Source of the DNA: a virus
Lineage: Duplodnaviria > Caudoviricetes
Virus record (IMG/VR): IMGVR_UViG_3300016265_000130
Coordinates: 1 to 26,403 of that record
Length of the DNA: 26,403 nt
Reading direction: 5' to 3' (one strand)
This document shows, one piece after another, positions 15,688 to 25,075 of this stretch. A model generated the notes under the pieces. That model did not search any database and had not been told where the DNA came from. It was given only the letters and a program-made list of their open reading frames with translations. The translations under genes and the position numbers were made by a program. How positions within the stretch are numbered: the first letter of the stretch is position 1; the number at the start of each line of letters is the position of its first letter.

Positions 15688-18600
15688 TTAGCCTTTCAAA
15701 TATTCCAAAGGTGACTTCGCAGCCGGCGGGATCTTCTTATGAGAAGCCGACCGCTTATGCTTACGAATATTTTCTCTCATCTCATCCAACATTTTTGCAC
15801 CAGCTTTATTGGAACCATTCCCCAAAGCTGCTACAGTATCTGCATCAAATACGTACTCACCATCAGCCAACATAGCCGGTATGCTATCAGATTGGCCATC
15901 ACCTTCACCTTCTACATAATATCCTGTTTTTCCGGTAATAAACTGTGGAATGTGGACATCACCACCGCTTCTAAACATGAAAGGCTCTGCACGATCAGAG
16001 CGTTGTAAGCCTGCCATACGAGCTGCATCAAAGCTAAACTCATCAGGCCTAATAAAGCTAGTTTTTTCTGTTTCCACGGGCCCAAGACCAACTTGTTGCT
16101 CAGGCTGAGGCTGCTGAGCACCTTCTTGCTTGAGGTATTGCGTATACATATCCAATGGCGACTGTTGTTGCTGCGCGCCGTATGTGTAATAGCTTTGATC
16201 AGGCAGACGCGATGAGATAACATCTAGCAGTCCACGATCCACATTGGCTAAGCCAGGGTAAAGCTGCTGCAACTGTAAGAGCTGATCATACGCCGTTTGT
16301 GGCATCTTGGTTTGCAGCATAGTTGGTGTAGGCTGCTGCGGTGTAGCCCCTGATAGAGTAGGTGTTGATAGTAAACCTAGTGAGCCGGCGCCTGATAAGC
16401 CTGTTGCAGCAGTTCTAATATTACCTATGCCTGCCAAAGCTTCCGGCGTATATTCTGTTAATGGAAACTCTTGCGAGGCTTTTGCGTACTCATCAAACTC
16501 AGGTGTGTCTTGTTCCTCACTAGGCAAATATCGCCACGGTTGTGTTTCAATTTCGCGCTGACCTATGACTTCAACTTCTTCTAAAGTACGTGGGTCAACG
16601 GGTCTTGTCACAATAGATGAGCCATCTATTGAGCCTAGAGCGCCTAAAGCTGCTTGTCTTTGTATATCCTCATAGCCATATTTGCCTGTTGCATAGCCAG
16701 GTAATGGTGTAGCTAATTGCCAATTAGCAGGTGTTGTAGCGCCCGCGCCAAAGCCGCTTAATGCACCAGCACCGGCTTGGCCAGTAATGCTTGAATAGTC
16801 AGGCCCCATATCGCCCATGGCCATGACCTGATCAACCGGCAAACCTGCTGTAGTTTGTTTAGGCGATGTGTCTGCGCTTTGCGCTTTTAATCCAGATGCA
16901 GCAATGGATGGGCCGGCTGCTTGCAATGCTTTATATAGATCCTCGCCACGAACAAGTGCCTCAGACCCGACTTTAGCTACATTGCCTGCTGCATCCAGCA
17001 TAAAAGGCAATGCGCCGCTCTCACCCATATATTTAGTAACTGCATTTTGCGCTTGCGCTGATGCAAAATTGCCTGCCACATTAGCAAGTATATTCTCACC
17101 AATATTATTAGGCGCAATGGCTGCAGACGCTAACCCGGTGGTGATGCCTTGCGCAATGGTTTGTTGCGCTTGATCAAGTGAGATGCCTGCAAGTTTGGCA
17201 ACAGCTTTTACGTTCTCAACGTTACCTAGCGCTGTGTTGGCAATATCTGCTGCTTTAACTTGTGCCAATGCGCCGGCGCCGCCCATAAGAGCAGCTTGTT
17301 GAATATTGCCACCTGTTAGTGCGGCTAAACCTGCGTTAGTTACTGCGCCTGCAAGTGTGCTACTTATTGCGCCACCAATGCCGGCAGTGCCTAAGCCGGT
17401 AGCGGCACCAATTTGACCTGCCAATGCGCTAGTGAGACCGGGTAATGCAAACGAAGCAGCAATAGCAGCTATTGGCAAAAGATCGCCGTACCAAGTCTCG
17501 CCTGTAACATTTCGGGTAGCGTTGTAGTAATTGGCAAGTGGCGCGCCTTGATCGTTTGTTACAGGGACTAGGTTTCCTGAACCATCGGCTCGAAACAGCA
17601 GAGCAGCATGTTTGTTGCCATCAATAGAGTTGGCAACCATGTAGAAGTCTTTGGTTCTATCAGCAATTTCGTTATATAGAGACTGCTGGTCAAGCTTCTT
17701 ACCTACATAGTATTGATTGACGTCTATGCCTAGCTGCTCTGCCGCTTTCTTAAAGTCAGTATCTGTTGCAGCTTGGTTAGTACCAGCCTTGACAATACCT
17801 CTTTGCGAAGATGCGCCAAGCCCACCTCCGCCAATGTTCCCCATGTCCAAACCAACAATGGCAGGCCCACGCATGGCTGTAGAGGCGTCAGATTTGACGT
17901 TCCAGCCAAACTTGTTCCAGTTGTCACGGTACTGCTGAGTGTCTATCTTGTTACTCTTATAGCGGTCAAGAACAGCATCCAGACCGCCTTGGTCAAGAAT
18001 AGGCAACTTTGTATTGGGGTCAATATTACTAAATACATCAGGGTTTGCGCCCTGAATATTTACAGTTGGAATTGCAGACATCTTCAGAGGGTCAATCTGA
18101 GACGCCATGCCAACAACAGGTGTAATTAAATCTTGTAACTTAGTATTTTTAACTGCAGTTTGAATTTGCCCCAGCAAAGTTTGAACCTGCTTTGCGTCTG
18201 CCATCTTAGTGACATCGCCAAGGCTATTTCTAATAGTATCTACATAACTGCTAACATTGCTAATTGCTTCGTTGCGTTGATCAAGATAGGGTTGAATTGA
18301 GTCAACAATACTTTGATATTTAGCTTGCGCAGTCTCAAAAGTTTTATTTGCAGTATCAAAAGCAGTTTGAGCAGGCTTAATAGTGCTATTTTGATACGCT
18401 TTCTCTGCGTTTGCTCTTGCTGTATCTAGTGTAGCATAGGCTTTATCAACTGCAGTAACAGCTTTTCCATACGCAACCTCGCCAGCTTTTGCTTTTTTGT
18501 AGTCGCTATCAAACATGCTGTTGTATGCTTTGTCACGAGCAGCCTCAGCAGTTGTAATGGCTTTTAGCGCGTTTTGGTAAGCCGTGTTCTTGGAAAGATA

Positions 18601-18792
18601 TGAGCCATCATCAAATACAGCCCGCAACTTATCAAGTTTTACCTGCGCGGCATCTAAAGCTTTTTGTGCATTGTTGACGGCTGTTTGGCTAGTCTTAGAT
18701 GAAGCTTGCGCATCCGTGTACTTTTTATTTGCGGCAGTAACTGCAGCAATCGCTTTTTGGACATCAGCAAGTTTTACAGCGGTGTATGCCAT
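15688..18792 (-). CDS. Large virion protein (putative ejection / membrane-spanning)
   Basis: Ala/Lys coiled-coil N-terminus, central Gly/Ala hydrophobic region, C-terminal GEGDGQSDSIPAMLADGEYV motif; likely start ATG 18792. Confidence 0.65.
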   Translation of the reverse strand: MAYTAVKLADVQKAIAAVTAANKKYTDAQASSKTSQTAVNNAQKALDAAQVKLDKLRAVFDDGSYLSKNTAYQNALKAITTAEAARDKAYNSMFDSDYKKAKAGEVAYGKAVTAVDKAYATLDTARANAEKAYQNSTIKPAQTAFDTANKTFETAQAKYQSIVDSIQPYLDQRNEAISNVSSYVDTIRNSLGDVTKMADAKQVQTLLGQIQTAVKNTKLQDLITPVVGMASQIDPLKMSAIPTVNIQGANPDVFSNIDPNTKLPILDQGGLDAVLDRYKSNKIDTQQYRDNWNKFGWNVKSDASTAMRGPAIVGLDMGNIGGGGLGASSQRGIVKAGTNQAATDTDFKKAAEQLGIDVNQYYVGKKLDQQSLYNEIADRTKDFYMVANSIDGNKHAALLFRADGSGNLVPVTNDQGAPLANYYNATRNVTGETWYGDLLPIAAIAASFALPGLTSALAGQIGAATGLGTAGIGGAISSTLAGAVTNAGLAALTGGNIQQAALMGGAGALAQVKAADIANTALGNVENVKAVAKLAGISLDQAQQTIAQGITTGLASAAIAPNNIGENILANVAGNFASAQAQNAVTKYMGESGALPFMLDAAGNVAKVGSEALVRGEDLYKALQAAGPSIAASGLKAQSADTSPKQTTAGLPVDQVMAMGDMGPDYSSITGQAGAGALSGFGAGATTPANWQLATPLPGYATGKYGYEDIQRQAALGALGSIDGSSIVTRPVDPRTLEEVEVIGQREIETQPWRYLPSEEQDTPEFDEYAKASQEFPLTEYTPEALAGIGNIRTAATGLSGAGSLGLLSTPTLSGATPQQPTPTMLQTKMPQTAYDQLLQLQQLYPGLANVDRGLLDVISSRLPDQSYYTYGAQQQQSPLDMYTQYLKQEGAQQPQPEQQVGLGPVETEKTSFIRPDEFSFDAARMAGLQRSDRAEPFMFRSGGDVHIPQFITGKTGYYVEGEGDGQSDSIPAMLADGEYVFDADTVAALGNGSNKAGAKMLDEMRENIRKHKRSASHKKIPPAAKSPLEYLKG

Positions 18793-18793
18793 A

Positions 18794-19042
18794 TTAGCCT
18801 CGAGGATTGATGGCGCCAACTAACGCAGCGGCCCAATCTTGCCAATTATCAAATTTATACGGGCTAGGAATGCCCTCATTAACAAATACGTCAATGGCGT
18901 TCAAACCTACACCCCAATCTTGCCACGCATTCTCATCACTTGGAATTTGCAATTGCTGTGGCGCGTAAAGCTCACACATCAAGCAAGCCCATGAGGTAAA
19001 GCTATGGTACCGTGGGTCATAAATGAGACCAATGTTAGCCAT
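18794..19042 (-). CDS. Small Trp-rich structural-module protein
   Basis: DPRY..F..WA ... WQDW ... P.PY.FDNWQDWA; GAGG SD before ATG 19042. Confidence 0.7.
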   Translation of the reverse strand: MANIGLIYDPRYHSFTSWACLMCELYAPQQLQIPSDENAWQDWGVGLNAIDVFVNEGIPSPYKFDNWQDWAAALVGAINPRG

Positions 19043-20852
19043 TGTAGCCTCGTACGTCTCCAATATTGCCAACTAATAGAATGCGGCCTGTTTGAAAATC
19101 ACCACCGGCTACATTGCTGACAAACTTCAATCTCAACTCACGGCGCTGCTCACGCAAATCAATCTTATTGGTGCCTGGGCTAAACGTATAGGCGTCAGAT
19201 ACTTTATCCGCCGCTTGGGCATATGGTCTGCCAGTAATGTAGAGATCCATATTACCGGATTGCACAAAATCTGGCTCAATTCTGGACACATCTAACCATA
19301 CATTATTGCCTACCATGGCAGGCTCGGAAGGGCCGCCACTAACCCAACCCAGGTCGTTGGTCTCAATATACGACTCAATGGCATTAACATTGACCCCTTT
19401 GACGGCATCAGTGCCAATCTCATGCTGCCAAAGAGATACTGTATTGTATGTACTATCAATTGTTAGTTGAAATCCGGCACCGCCGCCAAACGTGCCAGTA
19501 AGAATGTCACCTACCGTGTAGTTTTGGCCATGCGCAGTAATCTGTACAGCAGTTACAATATTGGTGGCAACGGTAATGGTTGCATACCCACCTGTGCCTG
19601 TGCCACCTGTCAAAGCAATAGCAGTATAAGTGCCGTTAGTATACCCACTACCAGCGTTAGAAATGCTAACAGCGTTAATTCCATTAAGAGACTCCGTATC
19701 CCAACCTGCGTTAACCGGATATCTAAACACCTGTGAGAAATATCCAGCAGAACGGCGAGCCCCCAATGCCTGGCCTGCATCATACCAGCGATTCTCGCGA
19801 ATGTTGTAAATGATGGCGTCATTACACTCGGTTGAATTACCACGTGGGTAATACCACCAGATCTCGCCAAATCGTGGCACTTTGGAAGCCCAAACTTTAT
19901 TTCTTTGCGCGTAGTTCAAATTGTCAAAGAAATAGTTTTGGTTCATATCATTGGGGATTTCTTTGACCACGCCATTGTAAAGCAAGAAGCGGTCTACGCC
20001 ACACCAATAATAGATGCCATCATACTCAATCACTGATTGGCTAGATAGAATGGAGGACTGACTTGAAATAACGTCATACCGCCAATACAGCGTTTGTGCG
20101 CCAATAGTGGTTGGGTTGTATGAAACTCGAATCAATGAGTCCAACGACCAAAACAATCCTGATGGTGCATTGGAGCCGCCACGTACTGGCAAGCCTTGCA
20201 CAATCTTGGTGCCTGCTACGTTAGTCTCGTTAGCATCAGCAGAATTCCAATCAGTAAAATCACCTGCAGCACAATTCTTAATGAGTCCATTATTACCGTA
20301 AACAAAAACGTAAGGGTGCAATACAACAAGACCCCCACTAACTGAGATAGGGTTGTTGGTAGGCGTTGAGCCGCCGGTGTCAGCCAATTGCGCCATGGTT
20401 GTACCAGTAATCAAACCTTGCAATACAGGAGTATTGATTTCTGACGCTATATCTGATAGGTTTTGCCCAGGATGCGCAATGAGCGTATTGGCTGCTCCGG
20501 CTACGTTATAAAACGTATCAAACTGCCATAGATTATTGGCATTAGCAGTAAAGTTAGATAAAGTAAAATCCAGAACACCGGTACCTACGCCAATATTGTT
20601 AATAGGGTCAACTTGCAAACCTGCAGCGTAGCCACTAAATACATAGTTCAAACTGGCTTGTGGGCTAACATAAATACCACGTGATGGGCCTGCAAAGTCA
20701 TTAGATATCTCGCGATAGCCGGCCATTTTACGAGGACGACCGCGTTGAAAGCGTACCCAACGACCATCCGAGTAATATTGACGGTCAAAGACAGTACCAT
20801 CCCGCTGTATGCCTGCTGCGGTATCTAATGCAAATACTTTCTCATCAGACAT
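19035..20852 (-). CDS. Tail hub / DNA stabilisation protein (P22 gp10 / tail tubular B-like, beta-rich)
   Basis: VRFQRGRPRKM.G N-terminus, YWCG.D.F..YNG, FGEIWW.YP, .IYN..E..WY; position in the module. Confidence 0.6.
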   Translation of the reverse strand: MSDEKVFALDTAAGIQRDGTVFDRQYYSDGRWVRFQRGRPRKMAGYREISNDFAGPSRGIYVSPQASLNYVFSGYAAGLQVDPINNIGVGTGVLDFTLSNFTANANNLWQFDTFYNVAGAANTLIAHPGQNLSDIASEINTPVLQGLITGTTMAQLADTGGSTPTNNPISVSGGLVVLHPYVFVYGNNGLIKNCAAGDFTDWNSADANETNVAGTKIVQGLPVRGGSNAPSGLFWSLDSLIRVSYNPTTIGAQTLYWRYDVISSQSSILSSQSVIEYDGIYYWCGVDRFLLYNGVVKEIPNDMNQNYFFDNLNYAQRNKVWASKVPRFGEIWWYYPRGNSTECNDAIIYNIRENRWYDAGQALGARRSAGYFSQVFRYPVNAGWDTESLNGINAVSISNAGSGYTNGTYTAIALTGGTGTGGYATITVATNIVTAVQITAHGQNYTVGDILTGTFGGGAGFQLTIDSTYNTVSLWQHEIGTDAVKGVNVNAIESYIETNDLGWVSGGPSEPAMVGNNVWLDVSRIEPDFVQSGNMDLYITGRPYAQAADKVSDAYTFSPGTNKIDLREQRRELRLKFVSNVAGGDFQTGRILLVGNIGDVRGYNG

Positions 20853-22090
20853 TAGAATGTGCCTCCACTAATGCCATTGGTAAAAGTACCGGTGCCGGTT
20901 ACTGTCAAACCGGTGGCTGTCAATTGTAAACGTTGCGTGCCTAATACAGCAATGTTAAACGCGCCTGCGCCACCGCGATAAATACCGGTATTGGTCTCAG
21001 CTGCAAAGTTAAGACCAGGATTAGAAGCGCTGCCACTAACAATGCTCAACGCTGACGCACCAGCTTGTACAGTATTGGCGTTAAAGAAGTTGGTGCCATC
21101 GCAAACCAGTGTTGCCTGTTGTCCTGGTGGAATAGTAGCTGCAAATGAGCCGGAAATGCCAGTGGTAACTGTCAACGTATAACCATTGTCAATGGTCTGA
21201 TTACTGATGACATATAAGTTAACCACAGGTGGGTAGTTGACAGTGACATTGCCTGTCAACGTACCTACGTATTCCTGAATAATATTAGAAGCTTCAGATG
21301 GAGTAAGTGTGTATGAGCCTGTAACAACAGGCTTGGTAATGGCGTTAAAGACAAATTGACTACTTACGCCATACCCAACAGTCACATACTCAGTGCCTGT
21401 GCAAATGATAAATGAGGCCTCACTAGGCGCGTATTGCTTAAAGGTACCCCCATCAATCAAATCAGGGCCCGAAGTGTTAATGGTTAGAGTACCAGAGCCA
21501 TTATTCTTAAAGATGGTAAACCAATTATCACCTAATGTTGCTACTGCAGGTAGAGTAGCAGCGCCAGCGCCGCTGGCCCAAATCTTAGTTTGTGCTCGAT
21601 CTGCAGCTACAAACGTATAGCCATTGGTGATACTTGTCGTTGGATGGCTTTGGTTTAACGTTGTTGAAATGGCCAGCAGACCATAGCCTGCCAAGGTTGC
21701 AGCATCTGCACTAGATGTTCCTGTGCCAAATGCAATGATACCCCAAGTACCAGCAGCAGTAGAGTTAGAAGTGACATAGATATACTCCGCTTCACCTGGG
21801 CCAATAGAAATGATAGTACCGCCGGCATTATTCTTAACCGTAAATGCTGAAGCACCAAGATTGCGAATTAAAGAATCAGTACCTACAGAGGTCTGATTGG
21901 CCGGTGGCATTATTAGCGACAATCCGCTTGTTGAAGGCGTAACCTCCATAATACGAGCGGCGTAATTGCCTGCGGCATTGCCATTGATAGGCCATGCCAA
22001 TGTCGTATTGGTGGTTAAAGCAAACGAGCGGTAGCTAACATCCGTGGGTTGGATGACGTCGCCAGTAAATGGTGAGACGTAAGATGTCAT
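20852..22090 (-). CDS. Virion structural protein (tail/fibre-associated, beta-rich)
   Basis: Thr/Gly-rich; C-terminal GSASNPGLNF..ETNTGIYR and GISGGTF motifs typical of fibre proteins. Confidence 0.6.
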   Translation of the reverse strand: MTSYVSPFTGDVIQPTDVSYRSFALTTNTTLAWPINGNAAGNYAARIMEVTPSTSGLSLIMPPANQTSVGTDSLIRNLGASAFTVKNNAGGTIISIGPGEAEYIYVTSNSTAAGTWGIIAFGTGTSSADAATLAGYGLLAISTTLNQSHPTTSITNGYTFVAADRAQTKIWASGAGAATLPAVATLGDNWFTIFKNNGSGTLTINTSGPDLIDGGTFKQYAPSEASFIICTGTEYVTVGYGVSSQFVFNAITKPVVTGSYTLTPSEASNIIQEYVGTLTGNVTVNYPPVVNLYVISNQTIDNGYTLTVTTGISGSFAATIPPGQQATLVCDGTNFFNANTVQAGASALSIVSGSASNPGLNFAAETNTGIYRGGAGAFNIAVLGTQRLQLTATGLTVTGTGTFTNGISGGTF

Positions 22091-22716
22091 GAGTCAACCG
22101 CCACAGTTTGTCGATCGCCAGTACGCTGCACATCCTCGGCTTTCAATGTTGCTATACTCTCGTCATACAATGCTTTCCATACACCTACGCGATTGTCATT
22201 CTTTAAGAATGGCATAGCCTGCAATAGAGAGCCATAGAGTAATGCCTGAGGCGCATACTCAGTAAACCAATTGGTTTGATTGGTGGCATCCAATGGTTGC
22301 GGGCGCTCGTAATAGACCACTTCAAATGGGTATGCTGCTGCTGGCGTAGGCGCAATCAGCCAATGCGTGTAGTCGTAATCAGCATAATACAAAGGCACAT
22401 CAGTGGCAGTGGCATCAGGCCAGTAATTGCGCAAATACTCATACTTGCGTAAAAGCACAGGTTGCTTCTCACCATTGACAGTAATGGACATAGACACCGT
22501 CTTGCGCCAACGTGCTGGTTTGGCAATCACAGGATTGCCAGATACCATGGTTGCCGTATCCACAGTCAATGTGCCTAGAAATTTAATTTGGCTGGCAATG
22601 ATTTGCTCAGCCAGCATAATGAAAGTGGGGATCTTATTGATCGTGGCAGCGTCGGTACGTTCGAGATAACTCTCGATATCCGCTGCCAACGATGTGTATG
22701 TCATTACTGCTGCCAT
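22087..22716 (-). CDS. Head-tail adaptor (tail tubular protein A-like)
   Basis: MTY..L..DI..YLER.D, IPTFI.LAE, P.YYA, APTP, TNW.T..AP.ALLYGSL..A.PFLK.D motifs. Confidence 0.75.
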   Translation of the reverse strand: MAAVMTYTSLAADIESYLERTDAATINKIPTFIMLAEQIIASQIKFLGTLTVDTATMVSGNPVIAKPARWRKTVSMSITVNGEKQPVLLRKYEYLRNYWPDATATDVPLYYADYDYTHWLIAPTPAAAYPFEVVYYERPQPLDATNQTNWFTEYAPQALLYGSLLQAMPFLKNDNRVGVWKALYDESIATLKAEDVQRTGDRQTVAVDS

Positions 22717-22886
22717 TATTTGCCTCGTTTAGCTTTTGCACCCTGCATATTTGCAACTAAAGAGGGGTAAACCGTGCCGGTTTTCTTGGCAAAAGCTTTG
22801 GCAGCTTTTTTCTGGTTGGGGCTAAGAGGCTTGGACTTGCCAATACTCTTAGGGCGTGGCTTTTCCCAGATAGGTTTATCGCTCAT
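22716..22886 (-). CDS. Small highly basic protein (56 aa, not in ORF track)
   Basis: MSDKPIWEKPRPKSIGKSKPLSPNQKKAAKAFAKKTGTVYPSLVANMQGAKAKRGK; GAAAGGG SD; TAATG coupling to the adaptor gene. Confidence 0.75.
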   Translation of the reverse strand: MSDKPIWEKPRPKSIGKSKPLSPNQKKAAKAFAKKTGTVYPSLVANMQGAKAKRGK

Positions 22887-22916
22887 TATATTCCCTTTCT
22901 ATACCAGAATGATATC

Positions 22917-23405
22917 TCAATGTTGACTTCTTATGGCTTCGTATTGACTGTAGCATTGCTTGAGGGCTGCTCTGATCTCGTCTGCTCTGGCAGCTTCCCC
23001 GACAAGAAACTCTCCATCCGGCCGATAAAGCTGCGCTCCAGTACATCCTGCGGTAGCTTGTCCAGAGCCGGCGGTTTGGGCTGTTCCACTGGCACCGGTG
23101 CTGGGGCGATCTTGCCGCTGGCGCATGACGTTAGAAAGAGCGGTAGTACGAGCATTAAGGTTTCTAATCTCACGATCTTTTTCCTGTCTAATATTGTCAG
23201 CGGCTTGCTGCCAATTCTGCTCTTTCTCTCGAGCTTGATTTACAGCCTCAGTATGCTTAGCCAGTAAGTCTGCTTTCTCATGATCCCATTGTTGCTGAAT
23301 CTCAGCTCTACCGGCTTTGTCGCCTCTCCAGTAACCTATTCCGGATGCACTCAAAAGGGCCACGAGCATCGCAAGTAGAAACCATGGGTTCATATACGCC
23401 ATCAT
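22917..23405 (-). CDS. Inner-membrane spanin (Rz-like)
   Basis: N-terminal TM helix, periplasmic coiled coil, C-terminal L..EA.RAD.....L.QC...Y motif. Confidence 0.85.
   Translation of the reverse strand: MMAYMNPWFLLAMLVALLSASGIGYWRGDKAGRAEIQQQWDHEKADLLAKHTEAVNQAREKEQNWQQAADNIRQEKDREIRNLNARTTALSNVMRQRQDRPSTGASGTAQTAGSGQATAGCTGAQLYRPDGEFLVGEAARADEIRAALKQCYSQYEAIRSQH
22931..23173 (-). CDS. Outer-membrane spanin lipoprotein (Rz1-like), embedded in the i-spanin
   Basis: Lipobox LTS-C, then Pro-rich APAPVPVEQPKPP; fully nested in another frame on the same strand. Confidence 0.75.
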   Translation of the reverse strand: MRLETLMLVLPLFLTSCASGKIAPAPVPVEQPKPPALDKLPQDVLERSFIGRMESFLSGKLPEQTRSEQPSSNATVNTKP

Positions 23406-23563
23406 TTTGCAGGTGGCTTAGTGCCTTCTAGCTTCTTATGAACCTTGACAGTCTTGCAAACCTGCTTCTTGGTCTTGGCGTCTTCCATACAGACTTTCTT
23501 CATCTCACCGCCAGCAAGTGCAACAAGTGGAATAAATGCAATAAGTAAAAGCAGACTTTTCAT
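23402..23563 (-). CDS. Small secreted basic peptide (53 aa, not in ORF track)
   Basis: MKSLLLLIAFIPLVALA signal peptide, then GGEMKKVCMEDAKTKKQVCKTVKVHKKLEGTKPPAK; TAATG and ATGA coupling. Confidence 0.7.
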   Translation of the reverse strand: MKSLLLLIAFIPLVALAGGEMKKVCMEDAKTKKQVCKTVKVHKKLEGTKPPAK

Positions 23564-24018
23564 TACTCAATCTCCGGATGAGGGGGTTGGACAGGTGCCA
23601 ATTTGCCTTTATAGCCGGCTACCACTGGAGGGGCTGCACTAACTGGCTCTATGGTAGGCTCGACTCGTTTTGCCACAGGTGTAGGCGCAGATGGGGTTGG
23701 CTTATCTTCTCTTTCTTCTTTGGTTGATAAGCCAGGCGGGGTAAACTGTGGTAGAGCGTCTTTGCCTTTAACGGCTAATAGCGTAGCCAAACTGCCCAAG
23801 ATATACTTAGACATATCTGAGAGGATGAGAAAGAACTGCTTATCTGCCGGTGCCATGCCATTCATAGGCTGAGTGACAAACACCACAGAGTAAAGAGATA
23901 CGCCAACCATGATGACGACAGTACAGCAAAAAGTAAGAGCAATGCAAAACTTAATTACCGCATCGTGCTGTTCCTGAGTCAGTGCAAGGAACTGGCTTAT
24001 CAACTTTAGGGGGTTCAT
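23563..24018 (-). CDS. Membrane protein (holin candidate)
   Basis: One long plus one shorter hydrophobic helix, Pro-rich hydrophilic tail; inside the lysis cassette. Confidence 0.6.
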   Translation of the reverse strand: MNPLKLISQFLALTQEQHDAVIKFCIALTFCCTVVIMVGVSLYSVVFVTQPMNGMAPADKQFFLILSDMSKYILGSLATLLAVKGKDALPQFTPPGLSTKEEREDKPTPSAPTPVAKRVEPTIEPVSAAPPVVAGYKGKLAPVQPPHPEIE

Positions 24019-24184
24019 CTTTCATGTCCTCTGGCTTAGTCAGTTGGTCAGGGCAAGTGCCGGTGGCTGAGCAATAAGGTCTTTTGCATTCTTTCTTTTC
24101 CCAGTTTTCTGGATCTTGGCATGGATATCTATATCGATCGCAGCTTAATAGACTACATACCAAGAATACGGCGAATACGCGCAT
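23951..24184 (-). CDS. Cys-rich lipoprotein
   Basis: MRVFAVFLVCSLLS-C lipobox then DRYRYPCQDP.NW...EC..PYC..TGTCP; overlaps both neighbours. Confidence 0.7.
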   Translation of the reverse strand: MRVFAVFLVCSLLSCDRYRYPCQDPENWEKKECKRPYCSATGTCPDQLTKPEDMKDEPPKVDKPVPCTDSGTARCGN

Positions 24185-24791
24185 GCTGTAGCTCCCTATC
24201 ATCCATCCCTTTTGTGCCACCATTGATTCTTTTGCTTAGAGTTACGAAGTCACCAGAGTCGGCAAACTTATTTAAATTATTGGTCTCCCAAAACCAACAC
24301 GCACTTTGAGCTGCGCCTTCAAAAGTTTGCATGTATTCAGAAGCTTCCTGAACCGTAATCTCAAGGCTCATGGCAAAGTTGCGGTAATTCTCGGCGCCGG
24401 TAAGCTGAATGATGCCACGTCCCGCATGCAGCCAACCATCACCTGATGCCTCATCTCGATTCCCCATACGATTGGCGTAGACGCGGTTGGCAATAGCTTG
24501 AGGCTTTTTTTCATAGCGCAACGCCGTTTCCATATCTGGAAAGTAGCGTGGGAATGTCTTTAAGAGGCCTGCAGCTTTGTAATTGAGATTTTCTGATAGA
24601 TAGACAAATCCACCAGATTCATGGTGACATTGCGCCAAGAAGGCAGCAACTCGAACCGGCGTATTGATATCATACTCATCAAGCAGTGTGGCGCCATTTA
24701 GCTCAGTTTGAGGCATAAAAAGAGCTTCATGCCAGTGGTTTGGGTATTTAGTATGTGGCGCAAACTCTTTGAATTGTTTAAGGGTTAGCAT
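24153..24791 (-). CDS. Endolysin, glycoside hydrolase family 19
   Basis: AAFLAQC.HESGGF..L.ENLNY, ANRVY..RMGN, GRG.IQLTG..NY, RINGG..G..DR. Confidence 0.93.
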   Translation of the reverse strand: MLTLKQFKEFAPHTKYPNHWHEALFMPQTELNGATLLDEYDINTPVRVAAFLAQCHHESGGFVYLSENLNYKAAGLLKTFPRYFPDMETALRYEKKPQAIANRVYANRMGNRDEASGDGWLHAGRGIIQLTGAENYRNFAMSLEITVQEASEYMQTFEGAAQSACWFWETNNLNKFADSGDFVTLSKRINGGTKGMDDRELQHARIRRILGM

Positions 24792-25075
24792 TATTCACCC
24801 AATAAAATTTTTGCACGTAACTCACGCATCTTTCTAAACTCCTGCACTGCGGCTTCAGTGGCGTTTTGCATATCGATGTAAGCTATGCCTAAAAGAGGTA
24901 TGGCAATAACGAATGTCAATGCCATTATTGCCAAACATAGTACGATAACCCACGGTACGTCTGACTCGTCCTTAGAAGAATCATTACGCCCCACATCCAT
25001 AGGAGGACGAACAGGATTGCCCCAATCCATGCCCCCATTGCCTTTGCTCGGTTTATTGTTCTTCTGCGTCGCCAT
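24791..25075 (-). CDS. Single-TM membrane protein (start uncertain)
   Basis: Long hydrophobic segment VPWVIVLCLAIMALTFVIAIPLLGIAYI; TAATG coupling to the endolysin. Confidence 0.6.
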   Translation of the reverse strand: MATQKNNKPSKGNGGMDWGNPVRPPMDVGRNDSSKDESDVPWVIVLCLAIMALTFVIAIPLLGIAYIDMQNATEAAVQEFRKMRELRAKILLGE

